Shown here: positions 29,288 to 44,464 of the stretch, piece after piece
Layout of the letters: every line of letters starts with the position of its first letter
Position numbering within the stretch: position 1 is the stretch's first letter
From: Eledone cirrhosa
Taxonomy: Eukaryota
Length of the DNA stretch: 64,000 bases
Assembly (NCBI GenBank): GCA_964016885.1
Contig: OZ024747.1
Coordinates: 21,142,001 to 21,206,000 of the forward strand
Direction of reading: 5' to 3'
Made by a program: the position numbers and the translations under genes
Notes under the pieces: generated by a model
Databases searched by the model: none
Told to the model about the DNA's origin: nothing
What the model saw: only the letters and a program-made list of their open reading frames with translations

Positions 29288-29621
29288 CACCTACCCATCT
29301 ATTTCCTTAATAATTTGTATAACTGATGTTATGTTTAATCCCTGTATGTGTGTATATATATATATATATTTGTCCTGTGTATCTATCAACTGATTTTGTC
29401 TACCTAGCTGTCTGCTTGTTGCATTGAAGCCGATGCTGAATAGCACATGAAGATTCTAACTCTAAACCATCCAAGATAGTCAATGAAACCTAAAAATCTT
29501 CAAATATAATGATGTCTGGCCCGTATTATTTACTTTAGTCATAGACTGTCTATTCACTTCATAATACCAGAACAATACCAGCTGATTTTCCTTTACCAAA
29601 CCCACAACAACAACAACGATG

Positions 29622-29676
<55 letters not shown>

Positions 29677-29692
29677 TAATAAAAATAATAAA

Positions 29693-29724
<32 letters not shown>

Positions 29725-30050
29725 TGATAATAATACATGAACAAGAAAGAGAAATTGAATTTACTCTAGTCAACCTCTTAGTTGCAATAAACTTACCAGT
29801 ATTAACTATCCATTGTGGTTATGTTATTTACTACTTTATTACTAAGGTTTTATAGGACATACTATCTTGATCACATTGTGTATACAAATGATTATATATA
29901 TATATGTATATATATATATATCATCATCATCGTTTAACATCCATCTTCCATGCTAGCATGTGTATATATATGTGTACGTATATATATATATTTATTTATG
30001 TAAATATACACATATATATATATATACACATATATATATATGTGTGTGTA

Positions 30051-30245
30051 TGGACATGCTCACCGACATCCAGAGTTGACATTGCACTCAGTGCTCCTGT
30101 TGGAGCCCCTATATGAACACACTGGAAGAGGAAGACCAAGATTAACATATGTTGATGCCCTAAGGACAGACACTGGTCTGTTGGAGACACAGGACTTGGC
30201 AGCGATAATGAGGGACTGAGACCGCTGGAGAGAACTCATCCATGG
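30051..30245 (+). pseudogene. RTE-clade LINE 3' end fragment
   Basis: Translates GHAHRHPELTLHSVLLLEPLYEHTGRGRPRLTYVDALRTDTG...RD*DRWRELI (GH..R / GRP..T / RDR..WR pattern). Confidence 0.7.
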
Positions 30246-30274
30246 ATCTCGGGAATTTTACCAACCCTAGAAAA

Positions 30275-30322
<48 letters not shown>

Positions 30323-30589
30323 TGTATCTATGTATACACTTTCACTTACACATACAACTGTTCACCATTGATGTGGAGCAGCTTAGCAATAATAGGTATG
30401 AAGAAACAGAAGATGATGAAGAAGACGAAAAGAGAAAACAAAAAACAAAAGAAAAGATGAAACATTTTAATTACTTTCTAAGCAGTTCATTTTAATGTTT
30501 CACTTTCAAACCACTTTTCTTTTAAAAATTGCAAATATTTTTCATGGTTGCATCTGTGATAATAAAAAAAGAAACCAATACTGTACTTA

Positions 30590-30885
30590 TACAACACCAC
30601 ACAATGCTACATAACACCATACAACGCCACACAATACTATGCAATGCTACACAGCACTACACAACACTTTTCACCACCACACAACACTGTAGAGTGCTAT
30701 GTAATACAACATGACACAGCACTATTCAACTCAACATAACATCACAGAATACTATACAATGCTATACAACACTACAAAACATCACACAGCATTATACAAT
30801 GCTATACAACTCAAGATGTTTCAACACTATACAACATGACACAGCATCACATTATACTGTACAATACTACACAATTCACAATAAT
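30590..30885. repeat. Degenerate ACAAC/ACACT 5-mer-based repeat
   Basis: Visible low-complexity periodicity. Confidence 0.6.
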
Positions 30886-31467
30886 ACAAAGAAAGAAGAT
30901 AGAGAAAAAGTGAAAATGTCACATAGCACAACGAAAAAGAATCATTATCATCATCATCTCTTAACAGCTATTTACCCTCAAAGCAAGTCAATACTTAATT
31001 GGAGCTATTGACCTCGCAGATGGGTCAAGGCCTGTAGCTTTTTTACATAAACTTCTGCATTTTACGGAATGTACTGGTTGCATTTTATCAAAGCACCAAC
31101 ACTAGGAAGGTTGTCATATTTTTCGCATAACTGAAGAGTCATCAACATTTTTTGTTTGGCAAGTTTTCTATGGTTTGATGCCCTTCCTAACGTCGACCAC
31201 TTTACTGACTGCATTTCATCATGGTACCAACACAAGGATGTTTGTTATTTATATCTTCAGATAACTGAAGAGTTCTTTTATCTCCTTTTTGGCAATTTTC
31301 TATGGTTGAATGCCCTTCCAAATGCCAACCATTTTACCATTTGTAATGGGTGCATTTTTTGTAGCACCAGCACTAGAGACATTGTCGGCCATTGACTCAA
31401 ATGAAGCGCCCACTTTACGTTATAGTGGAGATGATAGCTTGGGACACATTTTGGTGAGTCATAAAGT

Positions 31468-31504
<37 letters not shown>

Positions 31505-31799
31505 TCATGTACATATTTATATATTTATATGCACCTAGTCGATACCATAAAGTGGTCATTTTGGTTCCACGATAAAAGGCACCCAGTTGGCATCAGGAAG
31601 GCATCCAGCCATAAAAACCAAGCCAAAATCAGTTCTGTATTATTAGCAAAACAGAGTCATCTGGCCTGACTTGAGTTACAATTGGACAACTGGTCTAACC
31701 CATGCTAGTGTGGATAAATGGACATTAAATGGTAGTGATGATGATATATGTATACATATATCATCATTACCACCATTTGTATATATATATATATATATA

Positions 31800-32115
31800 A
31801 AGGGTAAAGACCTCCTTCAATCACAAATGACCATGGGATTTGCACCTAGTAAGTCCCCTCTGAAGCACATGTTCAGACAAGGTTGTTTGTAAAAGACCAG
31901 CAGTTGTCCATGCATACCAGCCTCCTCTCTCCATGCCACCAATGCTGTCCAGCTCAGCATCAGTGATGGCACAACTAATTTCTAAAGCTGAGTAAACTGG
32001 ATCAATGTGAAATAAAGTGTCTTGCTCAAGGACACAACGCATCACTTGGTTTGAGAATTCAACTCACAACCCACCAATTCCAAGTCCAATACTTTAACAC
32101 CTAAGCCATGCACCT
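31800..32115 (-). mobile_element. tRNA-derived CORE-type SINE
   Basis: Reverse complement contains TGTGTCCTTGAGCAAGACACTTTATTTCAC; colinear with 9261-9565. Confidence 0.8.
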
Positions 32116-32180
<65 letters not shown>

Positions 32181-34640
32181 TTATGTATGTATATATATAT
32201 ATAATTATATATATACAAACACATACATATATAAATATATAAACACATACACACACGTGTATATATATATACATATATTTATAGAGAGAGAAAGAGAAAG
32301 AGAGAGAGAGAACTGACTATTTTGTTTAAATGTTTTTGACTTATTTGAAATGGCATATCCCATATCCTAATACCATTTATATTCTATTCTAATTCAGAAA
32401 TGTCAGTATATTTTCCATCTAGTAAATATTTTATTCCATCTCAACTAGGAGTGGGCAACATGTTTTCTTTTAATATTTCAATTATTCATTTATTTAATAT
32501 ATTTTACTTTTATTTTATCATTTTTGCAGAGTGGGATGGTTTATTCTTTAGAGCAAGTTTTTTTCTGCAGTGTTCTTTTTTTTTCTTTTTTGAAGGGGTC
32601 TTTTTTATTTTGTGTATATTTTTTTATAACAGCAAACAATAGAGCTTCTATGTGATTCCATGATCTGGTGCAATTTGTAGCCATATATCACCTAAATTAT
32701 AGCACTTAAACAAGAAGATGCACAATTTAGATAACACAGTCCAGAGTACACAATCTTTATAAAAGTAAATAGATGTAAATAGTCATTATCAGAATGCCTT
32801 TAACCTTCTCATTGTATCTATGTATGGGCCTGTAACACCTAATGGAGTCGATGACACCATAGTGACATACAGTGTCGTGGACAATTCAAGCCTGGCAAGT
32901 CACAACACAGCCAATTTTATTTGAGAGGTGATAGGGTGTGATAGAGAGGAAGTGAGAAAGAGATATAGAGAAAGAATCAATCCTAGTACTGAACTGATAC
33001 TCCTTTATCGATCTTGAAAGGATGAAATTTGAAATTGACTTCAGCAGGTTTTGAACTCACAGTGCAGAAAGCTAGAACGAATACTGCAAAGCAGTCTATC
33101 CAATGTTCTAATAGTTCAGCTAATTTGCCACCTAACATTTTCATTATCATACTTCTAATGCCTACGTATATCATTTAATTTTGTATATAACCAAAAATTT
33201 AGAACAGTTAAATAATTTTTTTCATTAGTAAGCTTGATATTTAGAACATTAGTTAACAAGAATTTCTAAAATAAAATTATGATGGAAGGTTTTTATATAA
33301 CGATAAACATTTTAAAATGAGCAGTTTCATACCATAAACCCATTGTGACACTACTGTTTGATTCACTATCATTATCATTGTTTCATGTTTACTTTCTGTG
33401 CTGGCATTGGTTGGATAAGACATTTTTTTAGGCAATTTTTTATAGCAAGATGCAATTTTATGTCCATCACTATATTTCGATGCTCAGGATGGGCAGGGCT
33501 TCAGAACATTCTAGGTGGACACTCTAATTCATTTATTTAAGAACATTTTTTATAAACTCTATTTTTTTAAATCTGAGGATGCACCAGTGAAAAGTAGTGG
33601 GGAATGGGGCATACCAACCAGTAATCGCTCCTCTTCTCTCTCTACTTGGTGATAGGTCTATTCCTTTCTTTATATCAGACCTTGCTTGTTTGTAAAGTAA
33701 GATACTGATCTTCCCACTTCTAAACTAATAATTATAACCTTTACCACTTATCTGCTCTGATGGACCCTTAAACTCCCACCAATCTTCAAATATAACCTCA
33801 ATGAAATCCTTCATTAACCTTTCTTGACCATATTTCTCTTGAAAGACATTGCATGTAATTTCAAGTAATTTTGAAAATAATGAAGAATTTGGATAGATTT
33901 AGTAATATAACACTCATTATTAAGCAGCTGTTTAAATAAAAGTACTAGTAATGCACTGGGTAATTGCTGGCCTTGTGCCTAAAGTAGAAACAATTATTAA
34001 GCAGGTGTTTGGAAGATAAACATTCTTACATAAAATTATGATTGAAAGTTTTAGATAATCCTCTTCAGTTCTCAAAAACATGATAATCTCTATAGTGTTG
34101 GTGCCACAATAAAATGCACTCAGTAGAGTGTGGGCCCATATGTAAGCAAGATGCAGAGTCCCAGCATGTCTGGGAGGTCAGTAGATCTACTTCTGTAGTG
34201 ACTGTTTGTGAAGACCTGTCTAACTCTTGCTAGATGTGAAAGCAGATGTTAAATGATGATGATTTAAAAATAAACAGTGGCAGGTTCACGTTGTTTTGTA
34301 TCAAAAGGGTTAATATTCTCATAAATACAAAACACTCTATTACATTTCTAACTTGAATATCTGATTGTTTGGCCTATTTTTGTATTAAGAAGATTTTTCT
34401 GTATTACTTTAAGTGTGTTGTGCCCACACAGTTACAAATATTGGAGATATATTATCATCTCTCCCCTCACCTTCAGTAATGTAAAGTATATTATGATGAC
34501 ATTGGCAATTATACAGGCAGGCCACTTGGTAGAATACATTAGTTACTTTTGTGCTGAGATTTCTTGGCAGAGCAACTTGTAGTTTGGTGTTATTTAAAGT
34601 GTTAATTGTGTGTGTGTATAAATAATAATAATAATAATAA

Positions 34641-34820
34641 TAATTGTTTCTACTTTAGGCACAAGGCCAGCAATTACCCAGTGCATTACTGGTACTTTAT
34701 TTTATCGACCCCATAAGGATGAAAGGCAAAGTCAACCTCGGCGGGATTTGAACTCAGATCGTAAAGGGACGTAACTATGCTGGAAAGCATGGCGTCCGAC
34801 CCTCTACTGATACTGCCAAT
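34641..34820 (-). mobile_element. Meta-type tRNA SINE, young copy
   Basis: Near-identical reverse complement of 45251-45440, inside an (AAT)n tract. Confidence 0.88.
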
Positions 34821-34837
34821 AATAATAATAATATTAT

Positions 34838-35008
34838 GGACGATTTGTTATGTCTTCATTATGTTTATTGAGTAGTACCACAACAGAAGATCGACAAGCT
34901 TTTGATTCCAGAGTCGGGCTAGATCGATAGAGATCGAACTTTGAGCTGATCAATAGCGAAACATACATGACTACTCAATAAACTTAATGAAAACATAACA
35001 AATTGTCC
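34838..35008. repeat. Long hairpin with ~39-bp imperfect arms enclosing a decayed hammerhead-like interior
   Basis: GGACGATTTGTTATG...GAGTAGT / ACTACTC...CATAACAAATTGTCC; interior CAGAAGA...CGAAACATACATG. Confidence 0.55.
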
Positions 35009-35514
35009 TTACTATTATTAACATAATTACACTCTGCTTAGTACTGCACATCTATACTTACTGGAAACTATGCATCGAGTGCTCACTCTGGTGAACCTTC
35101 AGTTACTGGACATTACAATCCCTAGATGTATATATATATATATATATATATGTGCGTGTGTGTGTATGTGTATGTATATATTTAATTATTAAGGTCTATT
35201 ACTACAATGGTGCCATACCAGGCATGTACATTTTATTAGTCCTGTGGACCAACTTGCTCAACCTGTGCCAATGAAGATGAACTGGAACATGTTTACATAA
35301 AAAAGAAAATACAGAACAATAGGGAAAGAGAGAAGAGCCCAAAACCAAGGGCATGGATGGTCTAGGGGTGACGATTTAAGAGAAAAAAACGCAAATAAAT
35401 GCTAAATTAGATAATAATTGTGGGGGGTGGGCTAGAAAAAATCGATTATTAAGAAAGATATAAAGCAATACTAAGGAGGCCAAATCTTTAAAAGATACTT
35501 AGAAAAATGAGAAA

Positions 35515-35790
35515 ATCATGGGAAGAATTCTATACTTGTGTTAAGGGGTTTGTTGTTGTTATGAGGAATATTCAATATCCATCATTTCTCATCATTGCAT
35601 AATCTGCATGTCTTGGGCTCATTTATATATGGTCGAGATTTTTCTAGTATCTCCCATTTGACGGAGAAGTCTATATTCTTGTCTTTGAGTTGCCATATTT
35701 TATTTGCCAAATTTGTGGTGTTTCTTTTATTTGAGTATATGTAGGTCGTTTCGTGATTAAAGTAGCAATTTTTGTATGTCCATGCCACTG
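35515..35790 (-). pseudogene. Decayed PLE GIY-YIG C-terminal fragment
   Basis: TTNLANKIWQLKDKNIDFSVKWEILEKSRPY...CRLCNDEK* aligns by eye with the 46147 and 56301 proteins. Confidence 0.8.
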
Positions 35791-38349
35791 CATTCTCCTC
35801 TCCTGCACAATATACATACATACTCACACACATATACACGTTTGGGCAATCTCAGTTACACACTCTATATTTATATAGATATAACTTTATCATTTATATA
35901 TAACTTTATCATATATATATATATCATTTATATATATATATCAGGGTAGTACTCGATACTTGATGAGATGCCGATTGAGTATATTGAAGATGCAGAATCC
36001 TAACAGTAATAAATAACCTTGAAAAAACTTATGGAAACAAGCTCAAATGATTGGGCCTATCATTAGGATTGTACCTCTTCAATATATATATATGTGTTTG
36101 CGTGTGTGTATTTTGCTGTTAGTATATTTGCAATTACTGAAAATGTGATATTCTATTTTTGAAATGTTATAGTCTGTAACTAAATGTAATTTATTCTTAA
36201 GGTTTGGGCAATGTATGTTTTGTTTAATCATCATCCATAAAAGTCTTTCATCAGCTTTATAATAGGTATTCATTAGGTATGAATAATAGGTATTCATTAC
36301 AAAAGCTATTCATTTTGTAGTAGACTGTATGATTGTTACTTAGTTTGTTTGTATTGGGGGTGGAGATGCTATTTGCTATTCACTTTTTTTTTTTTACTTT
36401 ATAATTGTGTCTACCAAATTGTTTGTTCTTATTCATTATCGATTAGATTTCGTTTCAAACATGTAACATTTTCTGATAAAGTATAGTGTTACTGTTAGAG
36501 AATATTTAATGTTCTCTGCCTCAGCAGTGATTTAATGAAGTATCATGTATATTTTTACCTGCACATTCACTATGTGCATTTAAAAATCTACTGTTATTTC
36601 GCTCTTTAGTTATAGACTGCTGTGAAGCTTTTCAGGTACTAGAGAGAGTTAAATCTTCACTAAAGTATTGATTTACAATGGCAGCAAAAAGACCTGAAAG
36701 TTGAGGAAGAGTTATGAATGGAAGAGTTATGATTTATCATAACAACCCAAATACGTAACTGATACTTATTTTATTTACTCAAGCAGGATGAAAATTTGAC
36801 CTCAGTAGTATTTAAAATTCAGAACAGTTACAAGATTTAGGAAATGTGGCAAGGTATTTTGCTTATTGCTCTGCAAATTCTGCAAACCCCCTGCTCTATC
36901 ATCTACTAAAGTATTAACAGATAAAACTCCATTATTTTCGTCAGTCTTCTTTTCATCTTATATATATGAGCTCTTGTTCATATTCAGTAATGAAAAAAAA
37001 CAAAACATTACATTATATATCATCATTGTCATTTTTACATCTGCTTCCCTTGCTAGCAAGGGTTGGGTGGGTTCATATAGACCAAGTCAGTAATGATGCG
37101 GAGCCATTGATCTCCCAAGCAAGCTAGGGACTTGTGCACTTATGTATGGTCTCGTGTTCCATCGAATGTTCAGATGAGGTTGTCATGCCTTTGACACAAC
37201 TGAGAGTCCTTCCAACCCTTTGTTTGGCAAGACTTCTATGAACCAACCACTTAACAACTTCACAACAGGACAACTCCTCTAACCCATGCTAATGTGGAAA
37301 AATTAGAGAGAGAGAGAGAGAGATGCAGGCAGGCAAAGCTGTATGGTTAAGGAATTTGCTTCACAACAATGTGGTTTTGAGTCACATCTCTCTCTGCCTG
37401 GCATTTTGGGCAAATACCTGCTCACATAGCCATAGGTTAGTCAATGCTGTATGAGTAAAATTTGTAAGCTGGTAACTCATTTATGTGCGTGTGTGTATGT
37501 GTGTGTGTAATAAAAAGTACTGTAATCATCTCTGCCCCACAAACCTCACAGGAATAAGTGAGTGAAGAAGAAGAAGAACTGGATTCAATATGATCAACTA
37601 AATCCTTGAAAGCAGTATCCTAGTATGTCTGTATGTAATCCAATGACTAAAGCCAGCAAATGTTTTGGAAGGATGGATAGATAGATGGATGGATAGACAG
37701 GTAGATAGATAATCACTAACACACACAAATATGTTGCAAGAAAATTTGTATGTGAATCAACAAAGAAGCCGTACAAAGCAAATACTTTTTTTTATACATA
37801 TATATACATATATAATACTGACTGTCATTTTATGTAATATGATATTTTGAAATAAAAATTTCTTATCAGACAGAAATGGTACTTATAGCAGATTTGAAAG
37901 TTTTCACAATTATCCTTGTCACAAAACAAAATAGCAAGTTGCTATCACTTCAATACATGTTTGCTTTGCCAATGTTTGTTGGCCAAAAAAAACATTTGAC
38001 TGGCAAACATTGGCAAAAGGAAGATGTGATGGATAGACTGCAGTCCATTATGATTTTTTGTAACACATGCAATGAATCTCATTCAAAATTGTTCTAGAAA
38101 CTTTCAAATCCACTATAAGTACCAATTTCTCTTTTATAAGAAATTTTTAATTCGAAATATCTCATAAAACGACTGTTTGTTATTTTATAGTAAAAATATT
38201 TGTATTGTACAGCTTCTTCATTTATATATATTTCCATATGTGTGCAGTAGATATATGCGTCTGTATTGTGAATGTATATATTTCTATATAATGTACACTC
38301 ACTAATCTATGTTTATTTTATTTGTATGATTTGGTATATGTATTTCATG

Positions 38350-38582
38350 TTAACCCTTTAGCATTTAAACCGGCCATATCCGGCTAGAATACTCTCACCT
38401 GTTTCTGTCCCAACCAGCTGTAACCAGCTGCTCATATTGATGTTAAGCTATTGTTCTTAAAATAAATAGTACCAAAATCTCATAGATTCAATATTATGTG
38501 AGAAAATTATGTGAGGTAACACCTTTACCGTGAAAATATAATAGCATATGTATAGAGAGTAATATAAATGCTAATGGGTTAA
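38350..38582. mobile_element. piggyBac-like MITE
   Basis: TTAA-CCCTTTAGCATTTA...TAAATGCTAATGGG-TTAA. Confidence 0.72.
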
Positions 38583-39244
38583 TGCTGTGCTTATAGTGGG
38601 CTAAAAAATTATTAAGACAATTTAATTGATCTTCCTCCGAAATGTCTGTGGCCTTATGTCAATGTAAGAAATCAGGAATGAATTGGCTATCAGCTCAGTC
38701 CACTGTGAAGATCCCTACCACTACTTTCCAAGATTGGCTGGCAGATTTTCTCTGTTCAGTGACTATTGCAAAATAGAACTGTTGACTCTGAGGAGTTCAT
38801 CTGCCCTTTTGACAGCTCTTGTTTTTCGTGCTGCTGGGTTTCCATTTACCCTCCTTGCCATACTAGGGTTTGGTGGCAGAGCTGGTTTAGCCACTAACAA
38901 TTTGACCATGAAGAAGGTTGTCCTGGGTTACATGGTACCAGTAGAATATCTATATATATATATATAGCATAAGGGGCAACCAAATGGAACAGGACAAGCA
39001 AAAATATAGAGGCCAACTCTTTGATTATTATTAATTGAAGTAGTAAAAGTAGTAGTCATGATGGTGGTGATATTGATGGTGATATTGGTTGCTTTAATTA
39101 CAAGCATTTATTTTAATGATTTTCTTCATTAAATAACAAGTTTGCTACAATGAATCCTGTATAGACTCTCCACAGAAAGCTTTTTAATTCAACACTTTAA
39201 GTGGACCAGCTTACTATATCACACAAGTCTCTCTCTTTCTTTCA

Positions 39245-39342
<98 letters not shown>

Positions 39343-39680
39343 AACACACACAATGAAGTGGGTTAGAGAGAAGTGAAGAGCTAACTGCTGACATCTAGGA
39401 GTGGGGTTTTATGGTTGGTGGACACAATGCCACATTACACCAGACAATAAGTACTAATTTTAGTTGTTTCATTGCTTTAGTTTATCAATGAATGGAAACA
39501 GAACTTCAAAGACAAGGGGTGGAAAGAAAGAAAGGATTGTGCTCCCTTCTCCAACATTTCATTATTTACATACTTAAGCACTTGTTTGTGTGTGAGAATA
39601 AGTGCCTGTTTTGTGTTCATATACACAGCTATACATATGAGTATGCATCACAATGCATATATATATATATATATATACTC

Positions 39681-39749
<69 letters not shown>

Positions 39750-39849
39750 TACACACACACACACACACATATATAATGGATTCTCCCATCAATGTATGAA
39801 AGTCCAAAAGTTAAGATGTTTTTCTAGTTTTGATGTTTAGGCCAATTAT

Positions 39850-40810
39850 GGGACTTTAATCCAGCCAATGTTTAGTAAATAACATCACAGATTGGACATG
39901 AGAAAGGACTGTTATATACAGTGGCAGGTGTGTTTGATAAAATCTTCACCATAGCTCTCAACTGTTCCAACCAGCTTATTTCATAATTTTTCATGGTTTT
40001 ATATTTTAGCTTCCATTTATTTAGACTTAGTACAATTCTGGAGGAGTTTTTGTTGCTTTCGGGTTAACTGTGAGCTTGTCCTTGTACATCAGCCATGATC
40101 TTTCTATGTTTCACTTTCTATCATGGAGCTGGTTGTACATAAGGACTTTTGTCTCTCATTCTGGCGAAATGACCAAACCATATTATTTGAGATTTCAAAA
40201 GAAAAGATTCAATGCTACCAATTTTTCATTTAGAGACTACGTCAGCATTTTAAATTCTGTCTGACATTGCTTATGAAGGACATCAAACTGTGATCAATAA
40301 GGGACCCAAGACTCAGATTCATCTCGGAGAGTGGAAAGTATTATAGTTTGTTTGGCATTAATTTTTGTATTCAATGATATTCCCCATTTATCTCATAGAC
40401 AATGATGATGTGTGCTGAAATCATTTGTAGCTTTGGCTATACTGCTAACTATTTCATCATCAAGTTTTTGACAATGATGAGGAAGGAAGTGGTTAGTTAG
40501 CTGATGAACTAGTAGCTATTGCTTTATATATCTGACTTGCTTGGGGATAGGCTTTGGCTGCTGGACAACTTCAGTCATTTTAATGTCGATGGTGAAACTG
40601 AAGACTTTACCTACATTAGAGATTGATTAACAAGTTTCTATGCTTCTTTGACAGATGATGCAACAAGTGCAGCATCATCAGCAAACAAAAAGTTGGTATC
40701 ATTGCCATTCAGACAAGTGTTTTGCTTTAAAGCACTGATGATTGAAAAGGCTACCACTGGTAAGGAGTTGAATTGTACACCTAAATCAAAGTCGCCATAA
40801 TTATGGTGCA
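39850..40810 (-). pseudogene. Decayed RTE-clade LINE reverse transcriptase
   Basis: Minus strand reads LFADDAALVAS (~40657-40689), then TEVVQQPKP and LDDEIVSSIAKA; many stops. Confidence 0.75.
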
Positions 40811-41428
40811 TCATGACTATATATCCTGGTTTATAAAATAAGTATGTTGTATCCCTGCATCTCCTAAGAGGTGACTAAAGGTGTGTGGTGTTAGAAAAGG
40901 TATTCAGCTGTAAAATGTTATCTCAAGACCTCCCATGCTAGTATGGAAAAGTGGATGTAAAAGCGATTATGATGATAATGATATATATATAGTTTTGGCA
41001 CCCTAATAAAATGCACCAAGTACACTTTGTAAAGAGGTTGATGATAAGAAAAGCATTCAACCATAGAAAACTTGCCAAACAAATGGTCAATAACACTCTT
41101 CAGTCATATCAAAGACATGGTAACCTCCCTAGCACTTATGCTATGATAAATGCACTCAATGCACTCTGTAGAGTGCTGGAATGTACATATGTGAGATGTG
41201 GCCCATAGCCCACCAAAGCAGCTGTAGAAAACCAAGCTAATAGCAGAACGTATCAGCCAGATGTGGTCATCTGAACAGTCTGGCCTCATAACATAACAAC
41301 CCATCTAACCCATGCAAACATGGAAAATAGATGTTAAACAGTGGTCTGGTAGATGATGATATTACATGTCTAATTACTAATTATACATTACATGAAATAT
41401 GATATTATATGATATACTGATTTCTAAT

Positions 41429-41492
41429 TGGCCGAGTGGTTAAGGCGATGGACTACTAATCCATTGGAGACTTACCGTTTTAGTTCAAACCT
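41429..41492 (+). pseudogene. tRNA-Ser(GCT)-derived pseudogene (anticodon now ACT; acceptor stem lost)
   Basis: TGGCCGAGTGGTTAAGGCGATGGACTACTAATCCATTG matches the eukaryotic tRNA-Ser D and anticodon arms; decayed GTTCAAACC. Confidence 0.75.
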
Positions 41493-42379
41493 CTTTTTCA
41501 TCAAAAATTTTCCTATCCATGCTAGCATGGAAATGGACGTTAAATGATGATTCACAATGCCGGAAAATTTTGAGAGAAAGTGCAATCTTGATTAAATCAA
41601 GCCCAGTACTTCACTGGTACTCTTATTTTATCAACCCAGATAATATAAGAAAAAGTTGACCTCAGCAGATTTTGAACACATAGTGTAAAAAGTCACAACA
41701 AATCCCGCAATAGCCTTTCATCCGACATCCTACCCTATATGCCTATCCACCATCATATTACTATTTATATATTACATGCAATACTACCATAATATATTAC
41801 ATGTGATATTTGTATTAAAGAGAAACAATTGCATGTATGGCTCTATAAATCCATGTTTAGATATTATTATTACTATTATTATTGTTGTTTTTATTATTAT
41901 TATTACTACTACCTAAAGCATTAGGGAAAGAATTTCTGGATATTTGTTACTTAAGAGAAAAACAACATACACATCCAACATCAAACAAATCTGTCCTCGG
42001 AATATTTTTAAGGATTTATTATTGCAATAACAGAAAAATGTTAGTTAGAGCTTTTAGCAGAGAGTAATTGAAATCATTCGCCATGTGTGTGGGGGGCAGG
42101 GTAGGTCTGTGTATATACACATGTGTTTATGTATGCTTGAAAGCAAAGCAATTGGGTAACTATAGCGCAAAGAAATTATAACTCTATATTAGACCATGTG
42201 TATATGTGAGTGTATATAAGTGTGTATAGGGGACAGAGGGATGATCGTGTTTATTTTTTGGGGTAATGTGGAAAAAGTTTTAGAGTATTTACACTTCTAA
42301 GTGTCTAATTGTGAGTGTGTGTGAAGTAGTCTATATTTGAGTAAGAGTATTGTGACCATCATCATCATCATCATCATCA

Positions 42380-42940
<561 letters not shown>

Positions 42941-43289
42941 ATAACTGTTATAAACAACTGATGTTAACATGCATTAACAGTTCCTTGTTTGTAGAGTAAT
43001 AAGCCACTTTTCCAAAATTAATTTGGATAATTTCTCCAATCATATAACTAATCTTATCTTTGATATATGTATTCAGAAGAGGTATGCTGCCAAATTACAT
43101 GTATTTATTGTTATATACAATGTATATATAAATGTGTGTATAGCATGTGTTTGAACTTGCTTATACATAAATATGTGCTTCTATATATATCTATAAAGAG
43201 AGAGTCACACACACACACACACACATATATATATACATAGATACACACACAGATAGATATATATATATATATATAATCTGTTTATTTCA

Positions 43290-43404
<115 letters not shown>

Positions 43405-43720
43405 GAGCACTATATTTATATAGTGTATATTTATTTATATATATGTGTGTATGTTTATATGCATATGCCTAAATGTGTATGTGCGTGTGTATAGGAGATT
43501 GCATGTATACACATATTGAAATGAATGGTGATATGTTTGTAGTTATTTCTTTCCTGTTAGTAAAAATGATGAAGGATTTTGAATCATTCTATTAAATATA
43601 TTTAATATGCCTACAGCTACAAGAAGCATTATAATTTTTGAAATTTACACATGTGCACACATTCACACCCTCGTGCTGGCATGTATTCAAATGTTTCCAT
43701 CTATGCTTATATATATGCAT

Positions 43721-43779
<59 letters not shown>

Positions 43780-44238
43780 AATTGAAAAAAAATGAAAACG
43801 AAATTTCATTTCTCACTCTTAGAATGGCACTTACTTAAATGTAAGTATGTATGTATACGTACATACATATATGTATACAGACGTACAGTAGCATGCATAT
43901 ATATATATATATATATATACATATATACATATACACATATGCACACAGGTACACATACATATATGCACGCATCAGTTTAGCCGACGTTTATTATAACGCC
44001 GGCCGCTTTGTTCGTTTGTTTGTCAGCAAACCGAACAGCCTGAATTTATGCCATACGGTGTTAAGGCAACCACGTCACCTTTTTGTTCAACACTGACACA
44101 GGAACGATGTACTAGTTTCAAGCTTGTTAGCTATCATCAGCACCGTTTACCCATCTGCCAGATAGTTGAACGTTCGAAAGTATATACTTTCCTTATGAAA
44201 ATTAACGGCTGAGCAGCCTAATTTGCATATTGAGTGAG
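43780..44238 (-). mobile_element. HHR element family X (retrozyme-like), about one monomer
   Basis: Reverse-complement homologue of 55607-56300; flanked by (TA)n. Confidence 0.85.
44104..44146 (-). ncRNA. Minimal type I hammerhead (family X)
   Basis: ACGGTG-CTGATGA-TAGCTAACAAGCTT-GAAA-CTAG-TA-CATCGT. Confidence 0.82.
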
Positions 44239-44409
44239 ATAAATATATATATATATATATGTATATATATAAATATATATATATGCAGGCAGGGAAAAGC
44301 GGACGTAAAATGATGGTATATATATATGTATATATATATACAATATATATATATATAAAATAAATTTAAATAAATAAGTCAAATATTTTTTTATTTGGCT
44401 TCGTTTATT

Positions 44410-44464
44410 ACTGCTATATATATTTCGGTGACAGCCATCTTTGGCTGTGATCTCTTCCGGCAGT
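44410..44464 (-). ncRNA. Minimal type I hammerhead, U4G core
   Basis: ACTGC-CGGAAGA-GATCACAGCCAAAGATGGCTGTCACC-GAAA-TATATA-TA-GCAGT. Confidence 0.65.

Noticed and set aside
35980-36085. Hairpin with TTGAAAA...GAAAC resembling a hammerhead
   Set aside because: No credible stem II or cleavage triplet with stem I closure
38670-38940. 94-aa ORF or possible LINE 5' fragment
   Set aside because: No recognisable domain on either strand
43792-44096. Repeated small ORFs ([10 protein letters not shown]…, MFVCKQTEQP…) in family X
   Set aside because: They run through variable-length (TA)n tracts, differ in frame between copies and are mostly antisense to the ribozyme
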